Below, in pieces: positions 1 through 15,350 of a stretch of DNA of 64,000 nucleotides. The position numbers were made by a program, and so were the translations under genes. The stretch lies in the NCBI GenBank assembly GCA_951406725.2, contig OX597825.1, positions 40,858,001 through 40,922,000 on the forward strand, read 5' to 3'. The stretch comes from Octopus vulgaris. Taxonomy: Eukaryota. The notes under the pieces are model-generated. The model made no database searches, was not told where the DNA came from, and was given only the letters and a program-made list of their open reading frames with translations. The number at the start of each line of letters is the position of its first letter. Within the stretch, counting starts at the first letter, position 1.

Positions 1-489
1 ATTTTCAATTTATCTTACAGACCTAAATTGATATTTCTGAGCTACGCATTCTCAAGACTCACTCTCTGTATCTTGTTGCCATTACATTGGAGACCAAGAT
101 TAGTATCTCATTTCTCCTCTCTTGAAACATTGTCACGCTTATGTCGGCTTGAAATGTTACATACAATACAACTTTTCTTTTCTTCATGAATATCAGAGAG
201 TGATCAAACAGTAATCTTCTGTATCTGCAAGCTCGTCGCACAGATTCATATCTTCTAATCGGAACAAGGAGGTTTCATAGAACGTTTTGTGAGTAGTAGT
301 TGCCATAAGGAACCTAATATCTATATGAAAAACGTTTTGTGTCACATTTAGCACATTTAGAAGTGTTGCTGGCACTTAAATTTCAAATGTAATTAACTCA
401 CTTCGTACTAAATGGAGTCTAAATCGACTAACCTGGAAACTGTATCACTTTGTACAACTACAGTAGGCACAGGATTCGTAAGTTATCTG

Positions 490-818
490 AGACGCCCTTC
501 GGTCACGACACAGACCATGGGATTGCACCTAGAAAGTTACCCTCCCAGGCACAAGTCCGGGCAAGTTTGTTTTTTATGGAAGACCAACAGTCGTCCATGC
601 ATACCGGCCTCCCCTCTCCATGCCACCAGTGTTATCCAAGGCAACAGCAGATACAGTTTGGCACCTGTGTCGTCGCAACTCATTTCTACAGCTGAGTGAA
701 CTGGAGCAACGTGAAATAAAGTGTCTTGCTCAAGAACACGACATGCAGCGCGGTCCAGGATTCGAGCTTACAACCTCACGATCGTAAGCTCGACGCTCTA
801 ACCTCTGAGCCATGCGCC
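490..818 (-). mobile_element. tRNA-derived SINE (family A)
   Basis: Minus strand starts GGCGCATGGCTCAGAGGTTAGAGCG (A box), then AGCTCGAATCC (B-box-like), then the central domain CTTGAGCAAGACACTTTATTTCACGTTGCTCCAG. TAAGTTAT on both sides may be a TSD. Confidence 0.8.
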
Positions 819-3352
819 TTCACATAAGTTATATATAGCAAGATTTATTCCAAGACGATATCGTGTCCAATAACTCATCTCAATAATATGCTTTGTTAGA
901 CGTCATTGAAAATTATCCTCAATCTAAAACTAAGGATGACAATTATCATTGTCTTAAAGAGATTATTGAAAGAAAAAAGTCGTACAATTCAAAATCGCTA
1001 GGGACAAGCCAAAGCCAAGAAAATCCAAATTTTTTCCGAACAACATCGTCTGTGAGGCTTCAATTTTCCTGTCAGTGCTCGTACCGTGCATGGGTCTTTT
1101 AGTACTCAACATATGTCAATGAAGTTTAAAGACTACAATATTGTGTCAGATAGCAAAGCAGACTTGAAATGTTTGACTGAATATTTCAACAACTAACTGG
1201 ATATATTATAAACAAGCATTAATAGGTGTCGTGGTGATATTTGTACATTCCCCAAGAAGCCATGGGTGTAAACATCTCGAAAGACATTGATTTGTCCAGA
1301 AACTACCAGTACAGTCCTGAAGCCCTGTATTAGTAGCAACAAGACTATTCTGTATTATAATGTCTTTCATGAGTTTGCTATTTCTATTAGGATTTGTGTT
1401 AAAAGAGAAAGAATCAAAATGTAGACTCTAAATGAACTGCAAAATTCCAACGCCGATAGTTTCATAAAGAAATGCATAACAGAGTTCGTTGTATGAGAAT
1501 TCTCCTGTCACAATCGATCTGTTACCTAATAAAAAGAAGATTGAGTAAGTGAGCATTAGTCTGTATGAAAGTCGCTTGTCCGTTTAGTTCAACAATGGCA
1601 CGCAACTCAAGGAAGATTAGGTCATAAAATTTAAGCCCTACCAAGCCAATGAAAGACAAAAACGTCAGGTGCGATGTAATAACACATGTATTGGTTGCAT
1701 CCGTTGGCAATAGAGATCATATTCGAGGACTACTCAGTCGTGCACACATCGTTTCTCTAGCAGGAATTCAGTGCATCGGACAAATGAATTTTCATCTTAG
1801 TGATTGTTTGATAGTTAACTGCAGAAGCAATTCAATAGCACACTACACTTGTTAAGAATATGTTGAATATCTTAGATGAGCGATTACGCAGACTTCTTAA
1901 CATTTATAGTTTAATCTTTCTTTTCCCAAGTAATATCCTATGATTATAAGATGTCTTATTTCTGGATATATATACATAGGACTAGTCTAAATTATTCTCC
2001 TAGCTATTACCATTAGTTTATATATAAACGTTTCTAGTTTGAATCTTCTATGGAAATATTTACACCTCCAAGAATAACAATGATGATGACGATCAGAGAT
2101 AATGCTGATTGAAGCTTAAAATAGAGAGGCAACTATTGAAATATTTCTCACATATGAATGTGAAATTAAAACTAACAATCGTAAACTAAGATAATCAGGA
2201 GAGAAGAATAATGCCCTTGGCTAATGTTAATCTTTCCAAATAGCGATTGATGTTCAACTTAAATTGATATTTACAAGAAAAACTAAGACGGGAGCAACAA
2301 TTCTAGATTAATACAGTTCTGGGAAGAAAGTGTTTAAAGCATAAGAATGAAGATAAGATCCAGAAAGAATGAGAGAAGATGAGAGTGGTCCATGGAAATC
2401 TGACACAGTATGGCATAAGCTTCTACAAGTTATCTAGTAATCATTGAACTCAGGGAAAATATTCAACTATATTATATTATTATATTTTTTTCAAACTGTA
2501 AGACATTAATCACACACAACTCAACACTCGTGCCCTACACGGCACTTGTAGGAATAACCATACTGATATTGCTTCTCGCCTAAGCATTCATCCTCATTTA
2601 GTATAAGGATATTTGTTTAACAACTTTAGAAATTAGAATTTACTGATGTTGTACAAAATCTAAAGACACAGACAAAGAAAGCATACCGTAGTAAATTACA
2701 TATGCTTTAGTATTCTACGTCCTGTGTGTTTTGTATATTTTGTTTCTTTTATCTGATCTTATGCTTTTGCGCATTCTCACACCAAATTTCGATGTACATA
2801 CCAATCTACAGCAAATGACAATCAATAAATCTTGTTTAATTTACAAATTCAAAGTAGTATTAGTAAAACATGGAATCTCTGAGCTCTGGTAGAAAACTAC
2901 CTACATATATTATAAAAGAATTCATAAATATGCTAAAGGATTTAAAAGAAAAATTGTTGGGATTCAGGAATATAAATATGGAAATGAATTTTGATGAATA
3001 AAGAAACTATGAAGATTTCCTGTACTGTATTTAGATTATGAAATGTGTATGCTGCAGTTCAATCATTTTATGAATAATAAAGAGAAGATATTTTATTATC
3101 AGAAGTCTCAAAGAAAATTGCAAAGCGAGAATTAATTTTTCTTTATTTCTTCCCTCTTCAATGTTTGTTGCCAATCTGACAATATAAATTTATTCCGGGT
3201 TTCTAAGGATGTCAGAAAAAGAATATAATGGTATTTTTTCTTTTCAGTTTTCCTGTTTTTGGTCTTATTTTCCCACGAAAATATCTTTGCTTTAATGTTA
3301 CTTCATCGTAAATAAAGAAGCACATTTTTAAGAATACATATCCGATTTACGT

Positions 3353-3353
<1 letters not shown>

Positions 3354-3420
<67 letters not shown>
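3354..3420. repeat. (GTA)n microsatellite
   Basis: Directly visible. Confidence 0.95.
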
Positions 3421-3531
3421 ACAACAGCAGCATCATTATTTTCATATTTCCCTCAGTTGATATATATATACATACATATTCGTATTTCCTTTGTCACTTG
3501 CACGTTTCCACTATCATTCATCATCACCTAT

Positions 3532-4407
3532 TACACTGTACGGTGAATAAATTGCCGTCTAAATTACGCAAAAATGAAAATAACACTGACATTTCATTTT
3601 AACAGATATATTTACCAAAATTCCTTAAAAGAATATCTTGAAATGCTAAAGAGTAAATTTTTTCAATATTGGCTTCAACTACGGCCTCCACACGGCTTTG
3701 GAATACCCTGCAACTCTTCTGGACTGTCTCCTTGTTTAAGTTGGTGAATACTGCCATAATCGTTGCCTTCAGTTCATCTTTGGCGTTACAATCAGTTTTG
3801 TTGGACTCTCGCTCAACTGCGCCCCCCACATAATAATCAAGAGAATTAAAGTCTAGGAAGTTAGATGGCTAGATGTTAGGGGCGATATGCTTGCAGAAAT
3901 TGTCTGACAGCCATGACTGGGTTCATCTGTTTATGTTGCATGGTGCAGAGTCCTGTTGCCAGAAATAGGCTCTTCCAGCAGCCACTCTCTTCACCCAGGG
4001 TAGCACTACCTCCTCCAGGCACATGATGTAGGCCTCCGTGTAGAGTGTGAGGCTGTGTGTGAAGATGAATGGAGGCTTAATGTCGCCATCACTAGTGATC
4101 ACTCCAAACACTATGATGTTGACTGAATACTTGAATGTTATCACTCTCAGTACATGCACTGTCTTCAGATTGACACCCAAACACTCTGAAATGTTTGCAT
4201 TGGAGCTTGCAGCGTGAATGCCAAGCAATACAGTATGTCGTTTCCAAATTTCTGGCAGAGTGAATTTAGTCATGGCGCTGTTTTTCTCACAGACGGTGCC
4301 CAACTGACCCTACCATACTGTGTAGTCGACAAAATCAATAGTAAAAAATGCGCATGCATGAAATTAAAATTGTAAAATGGTGATAATATATCCATTACAA
4401 CCTGTAT
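3532..4407 (-). mobile_element. Decayed, internally deleted maT-family (DD37D) Tc1/mariner transposon
   Basis: Minus frame reads WQQD, then 37 codons, then DYY (…PNI*PSNFLDFNSLDYYVGG), with two in-frame stops. ORFs 3923-4303 and 3599-3829. Degenerate TACA-ended TIRs. Confidence 0.85.
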
Positions 4408-4591
4408 ATAAGCTTATTTGCATTTATTTCTGATTTCTTTTTCAGAGTCTAAGTTCGTGGGATAGATAAATCTGTTGACTAGAAAGCAATAAGCAAGGGT
4501 AGATATCGATACCCCTCACACACACACACACGCCTGAACGCACTCTCTTTCTCTCTCTTTCGCTCACACACAATATATATACAGAGAGACG

Positions 4592-4945
4592 GGCCTTACT
4601 CTCCGTGAGATTTCCTTTTCGTTATCTCGGCACATATTCACTTCCTGTCCCAGGTAGACATATTCCTTTACCTCCTGTATTTCATCACAGCCGATCACCA
4701 TTCAACCTGTTGGTACGTTGTCTGACCACTTTAACTTCGTTTTCATGCGGTTCCGCTTGAGACCTACTGCAGAGCATTTGATGTCTAGCATGGTCAGCAT
4801 AGTCTGAAGCTGATCCATGATTTCAGCGATGATTACGATGTCATCAGCGAAACGGAGGTGGGCGATTAGCTCGCTATTGATGTTGACACCACCTTGCCAG
4901 TCGATGCCTCTGATGATCTGCTCGAGAAATGCGGTGAAAAGTTTT
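4592..4945 (-). mobile_element. RTE-clade LINE reverse transcriptase fragment
   Basis: Minus frame KLFTAFLEQIIRGIDWQGGVNINSELIAHLRFADDIVII…GLKRNRMKTK…EYVYLGQ…EISRRVRA, one stop. Confidence 0.9.
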
Positions 4946-5067
4946 ACGCATCAAGTTTAGATGGGCTGGACACGTCACCCGGCTCACCGATAATCAGTGG
5001 ACTCGCACAGTTGTCCACCTCGAAGTTTTATCATGGCTACCGAATAATTGTCACATATTACATTTAC

Positions 5068-5137
<70 letters not shown>
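5068..5137. repeat. (AT)n microsatellite
   Basis: Directly visible; one of many (e.g. about 5337-5390, 36365-36442, 45540-45598). Confidence 0.95.
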
Positions 5138-5141
<4 letters not shown>

Positions 5142-5332
5142 ATTACGGTGAAAGTAAACAACAAAGTTTGCTCCTTTTTTTAGAAGCTTTGAGATGCATC
5201 GAAAGATACAGAAATAATTGATTCTCAAACGTAGAATAATTCTAACAGAATAACAAGAATAGGATAGAATATCCATATTTTTGCAAAAAAATTTGCAGAA
5301 AAATCTGCGTTTGAGAATAAATTATCTCTGTC

Positions 5333-5388
<56 letters not shown>

Positions 5389-5431
5389 TATACGACGAGC
5401 TTCTTTTAGTTCTATATTTAAGGGATGAGGA

Positions 5432-5598
5432 ATTATGTACATTATTTATATTTGACGGATATTTGTCCTCACCTTGTTTGTTGTTAACAGAACATTTCGG
5501 CTGATATACCCTCTAGACTTCATCAGGGCATATGGCGTAGTGGTTAAGAGCGCGGGCTACTCACTCCAAGATTCCGAGTTCGATTCCAGGCCGTGACC

Positions 5599-5638
<40 letters not shown>

Positions 5639-5769
5639 CAACATAAAACAACCTTAGGAATGAGAACCCAGGTTCAAAATTTCCCCAAGACACCTGATGA
5701 AGGCTGATATACTCTCAAGATGAGGACAAATATCTGTCAAATATAAATAATGTAAATAATGCAAATAAT
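5432..5769 (+). mobile_element. Composite element: inverted arm, tRNA-like head, (AAT)n, hammerhead-like tail
   Basis: Arms 5432-5528 and 5692-5769 are reverse complements (the right arm has an internal deletion). A box TGGCGTAGTGG at 5533-5543, B box GAGTTCGATTCC at 5576-5587. Confidence 0.75.
5486..5528 (-). ncRNA. Degenerate minimal hammerhead ribozyme motif
   Basis: Minus strand: CTGATGA-AGTCTAG…CAGCC-GAAA-TGTT. The other arm has CTGATGA-AGGCTG, which restores helix II GGCTG/CAGCC. Confidence 0.6.
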
Positions 5770-5928
5770 GGGCTTCTTTCAGTTTCCCCCTTCCAAATCT
5801 ACTCACAAGGCTTTGGTCGAACAGAGGCTATAGCAGAAGATACTTGAACAAGGTGCCATGCAGTGGGACTGAACCTGGAATCATGTGGTTCAGAAGCAAG
5901 CTTCTTACCACACAGCTACGCCTGCGCC
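5770..5928 (-). mobile_element. tRNA-derived SINE (family B, CORE-like), 5' part
   Basis: Homologous to 43888-44228; head GGCGCAGGCGTAGCTGTGTGGTAAG and CACCTTGTTCAAGT domain. Confidence 0.85.
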
Positions 5929-6764
5929 TTTTACGATGATCCCCCTATTTGTCGCAGCCAATGTTGTTTGCGCTATCTATATATTGTATCTTTCCTATAT
6001 ATGGCATGAACGCTTTTATATGAGCATGTAATTAGTTAACCTCTTTTGCAAAAGAGTCTATGAATTCTAACTTTAGAATAATTTAGCATGGGACGAAACG
6101 TTTGTGCGCGGCTCTTTGGATGCTGGCGAGTTAGAACACCTGACTGGATACTGACACTGTTTAGGCGACGGTGATTTTAGTGACAGTCCCTGTTGGCACT
6201 AAATGCAGCATGCGCGTAGAAATATACGCTAAAGATAGAGTAAGAGAGGGAAAGAGAGAGTAAAACAGAGAGACAGGGAAAGAGAAAGTTCCCAATTTCT
6301 TAATTGAACTTGATAGACATAAATATTCTTCCTCTCCTCATACACATAAAGAGAAATACGCTCACACACATAAGCACAGAGAGGTGGGGAGAAAATTAAA
6401 TAAATATTAAAATGTATTGAATGATCCCGAATGCTACAAATTTGTCCTGTCTTCACATATACATAAGCAAACTGAGAGAGCGAAAGAAATACGTTTTTTA
6501 ACAATCGGAGTCGTTTAATACATTTTAATGTCTCTTTTTTTCTCTGCTTTTTCTGCTCACAAGGCCAAAATTTAAGTTCACTGTCATTTCTACTTAGTTA
6601 AAATGCACAGAAATCCATTATGAGAACATTGTTTTTCTCTGCGTTTCGTCAATATTTCACCAGCCATCATTTACATAAAGTTAAGAAGAAATCAAATGAA
6701 ATTTTACAGACGAGTAGTTAAGTAGTTATGATTACAATTTATTTCTTTCAACTTTTAAATTTTA

Positions 6765-7128
6765 CTTCTTTCAATCATTGGACTGTGGCCATGCTTGGGG
6801 ATCCATCTTGAAGTGCTTCATCGAACAAATCAACCCAAGTACTTTTGCCGAATCAGTAGTTCACGGGGACGTAAACAAACCAGCAAGTTTTCAAGTGGAG
6901 GTGAGGAGGGGATAGCATCACAAAAACAAGACACAAATACGAACACACACACACACACATATATACGACGAGCTTCTTTCAGTTTCCCTCTTCCAAATCT
7001 ACTCGCAAGGCTTTGGTCGAACCGAGGCTATAGCAGAAGACACTTGAACAAGGTGCCGCGCAGTGGGACTGAGCCTGGAACCATATGGTTCAGAAGCAAG
7101 CTTCCTACTACACAGCTATGCCTGCGTC
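6765..7128 (-). mobile_element. tRNA-derived SINE (family B)
   Basis: Homologous over its length to 19548-19948 and 43888-44228, with an internal (CA)n. Confidence 0.85.
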
Positions 7129-7134
7129 TTTTAC

Positions 7135-8010
7135 GTTGAACCCACCAATTTGTCGGTGGTTGCATGAGGCGTCGCAAAATATTACTCTATCTTTGATAGA
7201 TCCTCCCTGTAACTATCCTGTTCTGCCCCACCCAACTTCTAATCTACCATGGCAACTTTTAATAAACAAAAGCTTTCTTTCTACTATCAAAACTCGCATA
7301 GTTACAACTCTAGATACACGAAAGCGCAACATGCACACAGCTCCAGCACGGAAACCTTTATATTAGACAACAACCACAACCTAACCCCTCTTACTAGCAC
7401 TATCCGGAACACCACCACAACCTCTACCACTCTTACAAATAGTACAATTAATAACAACAATAGTAATAATAACAATAATAGTAATAATAATATTAATAAT
7501 ACGAATAGTTTAGACATTTCTACCCCATTCTCTAACCTCTGCTCCGACAATATTGCCTCCTCCATTCCTGAAAACCACTCTAAAATTCACCCACTTGTAA
7601 CTGCTTTCCTGGGGACATCTGTCCTTTATAAACCCATTGTAGAAGATATAATGTAATTTATAAATGTACTGTTCTTAATACATTACACAATTCTACAGTC
7701 ATATATATAGGATCAACTATAAATTGTAAACAGCGATATGCTGCTCACCATTCTTTTAGATACGATAGACAGTAAATCTACAACACTCGCAGTCACATAC
7801 ATCATCTCAAAAATACAAATATACCCTATACTCTGACGTCGTCCATATTAGATTCAGAGCTTCTTTACCAAGGTCAACGCTCAACCTGAAGCTTTGCCTG
7901 AAGCTTACATAACTCTACATATTAAAGCACAACTATTCTACAGTACTAAACAACCATGAGGCCTATGCACATGCAACCACCGCTTGTTTCATACCTTCAA
8001 ATTCTACCAG
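7135..8010 (+). mobile_element. Naiad-type Penelope-like element, 3' fragment (RT thumb, linker, GIY-YIG endonuclease)
   Basis: Frames read LNPP…LID, FNKQKLS, then TCNCFPGDICPL*THCRRYNVIYKCTV…YIGST…KQRY..H, STTL, Y-x6-(TGA), LNNHE, CNHR. Stops and frameshifts present. Confidence 0.8.
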
Positions 8011-8309
8011 AAATCTAAATACCTAAATAATCACACAGTATATTTCCACAATGTCCCGTAGGTAATCCCCAACAACCTTATGAATCTCCATTTTAAATTA
8101 TAGTCCTTATCTAACTCACCCGTTCTTACTTTAGGATCACAATCATTTAATTTTATATATGTGTGTGTGTGTGTATGTGTGTGTATGTATTTACATATAT
8201 GAACATGCAAACGGATACATGTGGGTATGTATGAGTATATATATATATATCAGAATAAAATCATATAAAGTAAAGATAATAATAATAATATAAGATAATG
8301 ATGATAATA

Positions 8310-11097
<2,788 letters not shown>

Positions 11098-11099
11098 TA

Positions 11100-11660
11100 A
11101 AAAATGCCCCGATGCAATACTAGGCAGTGACTCTTATGGCTTCTGATCTTCACTGATTGGAAGTGTCATCGGGTTTATTGTTTTGTTTTGGTATAAAAGA
11201 TGGGCTACAGCAAATATTCTGCTCAATATCTCAGATTTGCTTGTCAGTTGCTTGACCTTAATCAGTTGAGCATGTTACTTGGTGGCTGATGAAGTGTGCA
11301 TCTCTGATCATGAGCAGAAGTAGTGGGGGAGCATCATAGCCATGTTTTGAGAGCAATTCTTTGGGTTTTGGATAATTCACGCTTGCAAAGATGGGTGTTT
11401 CGTTCATCATCCTTAAACAAACCTTATTCAGGGACCTTTTGAGCGGGATGGGTTACTCGACCTGAATAAAATTCTAACTGAGCCCCACTTGCAAGGTCAT
11501 GCGCTGTTTAACTTGATATGAGATCACCATGTCGCTCACATATGGTTGTGATGCATGTGCCTGGTGTACCCTTAACAGACAGGTAGTCATGATGGGTATA
11601 CTGGGCTTCTTATATTTTACCCCAGTGTCACTTTGATGGCATGCACTACTCTCTCACTCA
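11100..11660. mobile_element. Non-coding interspersed element of about 560 bp between (AAT)n tracts
   Basis: GC-richer block sharply bounded by (AAT)n on both sides; no ORF. Confidence 0.5.
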
Positions 11661-11694
11661 ATAATAATAATAATAATAATAATAATCCCTTCTA

Positions 11695-12525
11695 ATGTAG
11701 GCGCAAGACCTGAAATTTTGGGGGAGGGGACTAGTCAATTACATTGACCTCAGTGCGGAACTAGTACTTATTTCATCGACCCCGAAAGGATGAAAGGCAA
11801 AGTCAACTTTGAAGAAATTTGAACTCAGAACGTAAAGACAGGCGAAATGCCGCTAAGCATTTTGTCCGCCGGCTAACGATTGTGCCATGAACATGTTAAG
11901 TACTGCTATTTATTTCCAGTTAATAAATTAAAAATATACAAGAAGTATTCCAGCGACGAAGCAGGATTATGTATGTTTATAAAACATTTTAAGTATATAT
12001 GTGAAACACTTCCTGAGTCTCATATATTAATTGCATATTCTAAAAGATTTTAAATATTATAGCATAGAGTTACACAATCATTGAACTCATCAGATACTCT
12101 CTGTCGCATATGTAAATCTTAGATAATACTTCTGCCTGTTAAATTACCATTAAACTAAGATATCAGCTGGGTTAATGCTAACGATTACTAAATTTAGCTG
12201 AATAGTAGCAATTTGATTCATTTTGTAAATATATGTATCAAATTACTGCTTCGTCACCGGCATACTTCTTGTATGTTTTTAATTTATTAACTGGAAATTA
12301 CTGGAACTTAACATGTTCATGGCACAATCGTTAGCACGCCGGGCAAAATGCTTAGCGGCATTTCGTCTGTCTTTACGTTCTGAGTTCAAATTCCTTCAAA
12401 GGATTATAGGCACATGACCTGAAATTTTTTGGGGGCGGGGTGATTAGTCAATTACATCGACCCCACCACGGAACTGGTACTTATTTCATCGTTCAGAAAG
12501 GATGAAAGACAAAGTCAACTTTAAA
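11695..12525. mobile_element. Rearranged family C SINE copies with an inverted repeat
   Basis: Segments homologous to 52695-52825 and 39108-39985; inverted arms 11807-11964 and 12246-12401. Confidence 0.75.
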
Positions 12526-12756
12526 GGTAAAAGAATATTTCAAATTGCAGTCAGTTCTGAAGAAATGTCCTTTCAAAACAGATAAAAATTGCCTGCTATT
12601 ATTACTGACATTTCAATGACTCTTCTTTCTCCGAACTTCCAGAAAACTTTGCTGCACATAAAATGTTTTCCTGGGTTAGGATATTAGTTCCTTGGTAGAT
12701 ATGTATCAAAAGAAAACTGATTATTTTGAAGTCACGAAAATTATACAACGCAAATG

Positions 12757-12895
12757 GCGGTGAGTCAGCATAGTCGTTAGGACGCCGGACAAAATTATTA
12801 GCGGCGCTTCATCTGCCTTTACCTTCTGAGTCCAAATTCCACCGACTTCTGACTTTCATCCCTTTCGGGGTCAATAAAATAGATACTAGTTGATA
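12757..12895 (+). mobile_element. Family C SINE, partial
   Basis: GGCGGTGAG…GTTAG…TTCTGAGTCCAAATTCC…TTTCATCCCTTTCGGGGTCAATAAA. Confidence 0.75.
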
Positions 12896-14964
12896 TTTAA
12901 AAACCATATTGCAAAATGATCATTGATGCTGGTACACCGAGTAATGAACATTACTTAATCGGAAAATACAAAGAAAATAGGGTTATGTAGTCTATGAACG
13001 TGTATGGCTTGACATGAAGGGCTATTTGACACCCAGATGAGCAGCAGTCACTTGTCACCAGAACAATATCATTTCACTGAATTCACTGTTTTTTTATATA
13101 TTTTTATCTTAAACGACAAGCTCTAGCATATTTCTGTGAACGGCATAGTTCACTAATTGAAGCAGCAGCATTGTGGAATTGTTGCATATTTCATTTGCTT
13201 TGTTTTGCCTTGTTTTCTGTTGCTTTTGGTGATCCACAGGACAACGTAACGTTGATATGCAGAAATCGTGCTTAGAAAGATGAGCTATCTCTCAGTTGTT
13301 TCACGTCATGAAAAATGGGCATAAAATCAAATAGACATGCTGATGTGCTGCAAGAAGAATTAAAACTAACATTTCGCACGCAAATATTGTTTTGCAAGAA
13401 AATTTTTCATTGAAAAAATTAACAGGACAGTAATTTTCATATAGTTCAAATATTCAATAAATTTATTTGTTTATTTGAGTTATTTATCACTTTTCTCTAT
13501 CTTTTCCAAGTACATGCATTTGAATACTGATAAGAAGTGATCTAACAACTATACACCTTTTGAACAGATTATACCCGATCACAACATTTTCCAAGCATTC
13601 ACTGCCTATCTTTAAGTAATTTTCATGCTGAGCAAGTGAAAATAAGATGACATAGCTATTACACAAGTGGGATATGATTCAGGATCAAAGCAAACCGTTT
13701 ATTGATTTTCATTTTCAATATTTCATGTAGTGAACGAAGGAGACTGACAAAAAATTCTGAAATTGAGAATAAATGTTATATACATTGTAATCTTATACTT
13801 TTATGATCCCTAACCCTATATTGCTAGTGTTGTCTCATTTTCATCTCTAAATATATAGTAGAGTGATCGCTATGGCTAAGCATTTCATCCACAAATTTGT
13901 GACCATTAATTCGTGTGGCGATAACGATAATAGTTATATATATGATTCCAACCTACATTCTCCCTAACAGAATCAAGTTTTGTGATCTGTAATCAGTGAT
14001 TGTTGTTATGGTTTAAGCCGTTACAAGCGTGATCAAGCAAACCTATAATGTAAGTGGTTGCAACAATAACTATACGGTCTATTAAAGGGTGTCATGAAGT
14101 ATGTTATCTAATGTATACACCATTTTGGCAAGATTATACAGTAGGATTCGTGAGGAATTTGAATGATATATCTAGCAGCAACCTTGAAAAGAGCTAAAGA
14201 AGTACCTCCTACACTATCTCAAATTAATTACTTGTAGGAACACGGTATATCATTAGCCAAACTTAATATACTACTAAGCATATTAAATAAAATATAACGC
14301 TACCTCATTTCATGCTACCTGCGGTTAATCTGAGATCAATTTCAAGTTATACCCAAGGGTAGCCTGAACTCGATTTCAAAGTATCCCTGCTTAGTCGTCG
14401 TCCCCTCTCTCTGATTTCTCTAACATGCTTACAACTCGTGATGCTTTTACTGCATTAAACAGGTGTAATATTCAAGATTGTAAGCACATCTTAAGATCTA
14501 AAAGTAACAAAACTGTATTTTTAAACATCCCCTAACATTTGATACATTTTAAAAGTCTTTAAGTATCAAAGATTCTAAGTTAGTATATTTTAAAAATAAA
14601 ACACTAGAATTATTTTTTAAGGAGAAAGTGATTTGGATTAATACAGATGCACTTTAAATGTAAACAAAATATATACAAAGCAACATATCGAAATACACTT
14701 TAAATACAAAAGAAATATATTTATTACACAAAATAAAACATATCAATACATTTTAAATGCGAACGACATGTGTCTATATAAAAAATGAAATATATTTCTA
14801 CACTTTCCTTGCAAACTAAGCATTTAGAGAAAAACAAACGCGTACACAGAGAGAAAAATCACGTACACATGCATTAATAATCTGGTCTTTTATCATCCTT
14901 GCGAGAAACCGCATAATTTATGTTAACGGTATTTATAATAACAGTATAAATGTTTTCCATTTTA

Positions 14965-15350
14965 AGCACAAGGCCTGACATTTGGGGGTAGAGAAAGCCG
15001 ATTAAAACAGTTCTAGTGTCCGTCTGGTACTTTTTCATCGACCCTGAAAGGAATGAAAATCAAAGCCGGTCATGGGAGAATTTGAACTTAGAAGTTAAAG
15101 ATGGACGAAATGCTGCCTATGCATTTTGACTCGCAGGCTAACGACTCCACAAGTCCCGAATTTTTTGTGTGGGGGCGGGGAGGGCAGTCGATTAGATCGG
15201 CACCAGTATGCAACTGGTAATTAATTTATCAACCCCAAAATGATGAAAGGCAAAATCGGCGGAATTTTAACTCAGAATGTAAAGACAGACGAAATACCGC
15301 TAAGCATTTCGCCCGGCATGCTAACGATTCTGCCAGCTCATCGCCTTAAT
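14965..15350 (-). mobile_element. Two tandem family C SINE copies
   Basis: Two successive reverse-complement matches to the family C units. Confidence 0.75.

Noticed and set aside
5527-5598. tRNA gene
   Set aside because: Acceptor and anticodon stems are imperfect and it is fused to repeat sequence; treated as a SINE head
12900-13750. Coding-like stretch (PYCKMIIDAG…)
   Set aside because: Frames are short and no family was recognised
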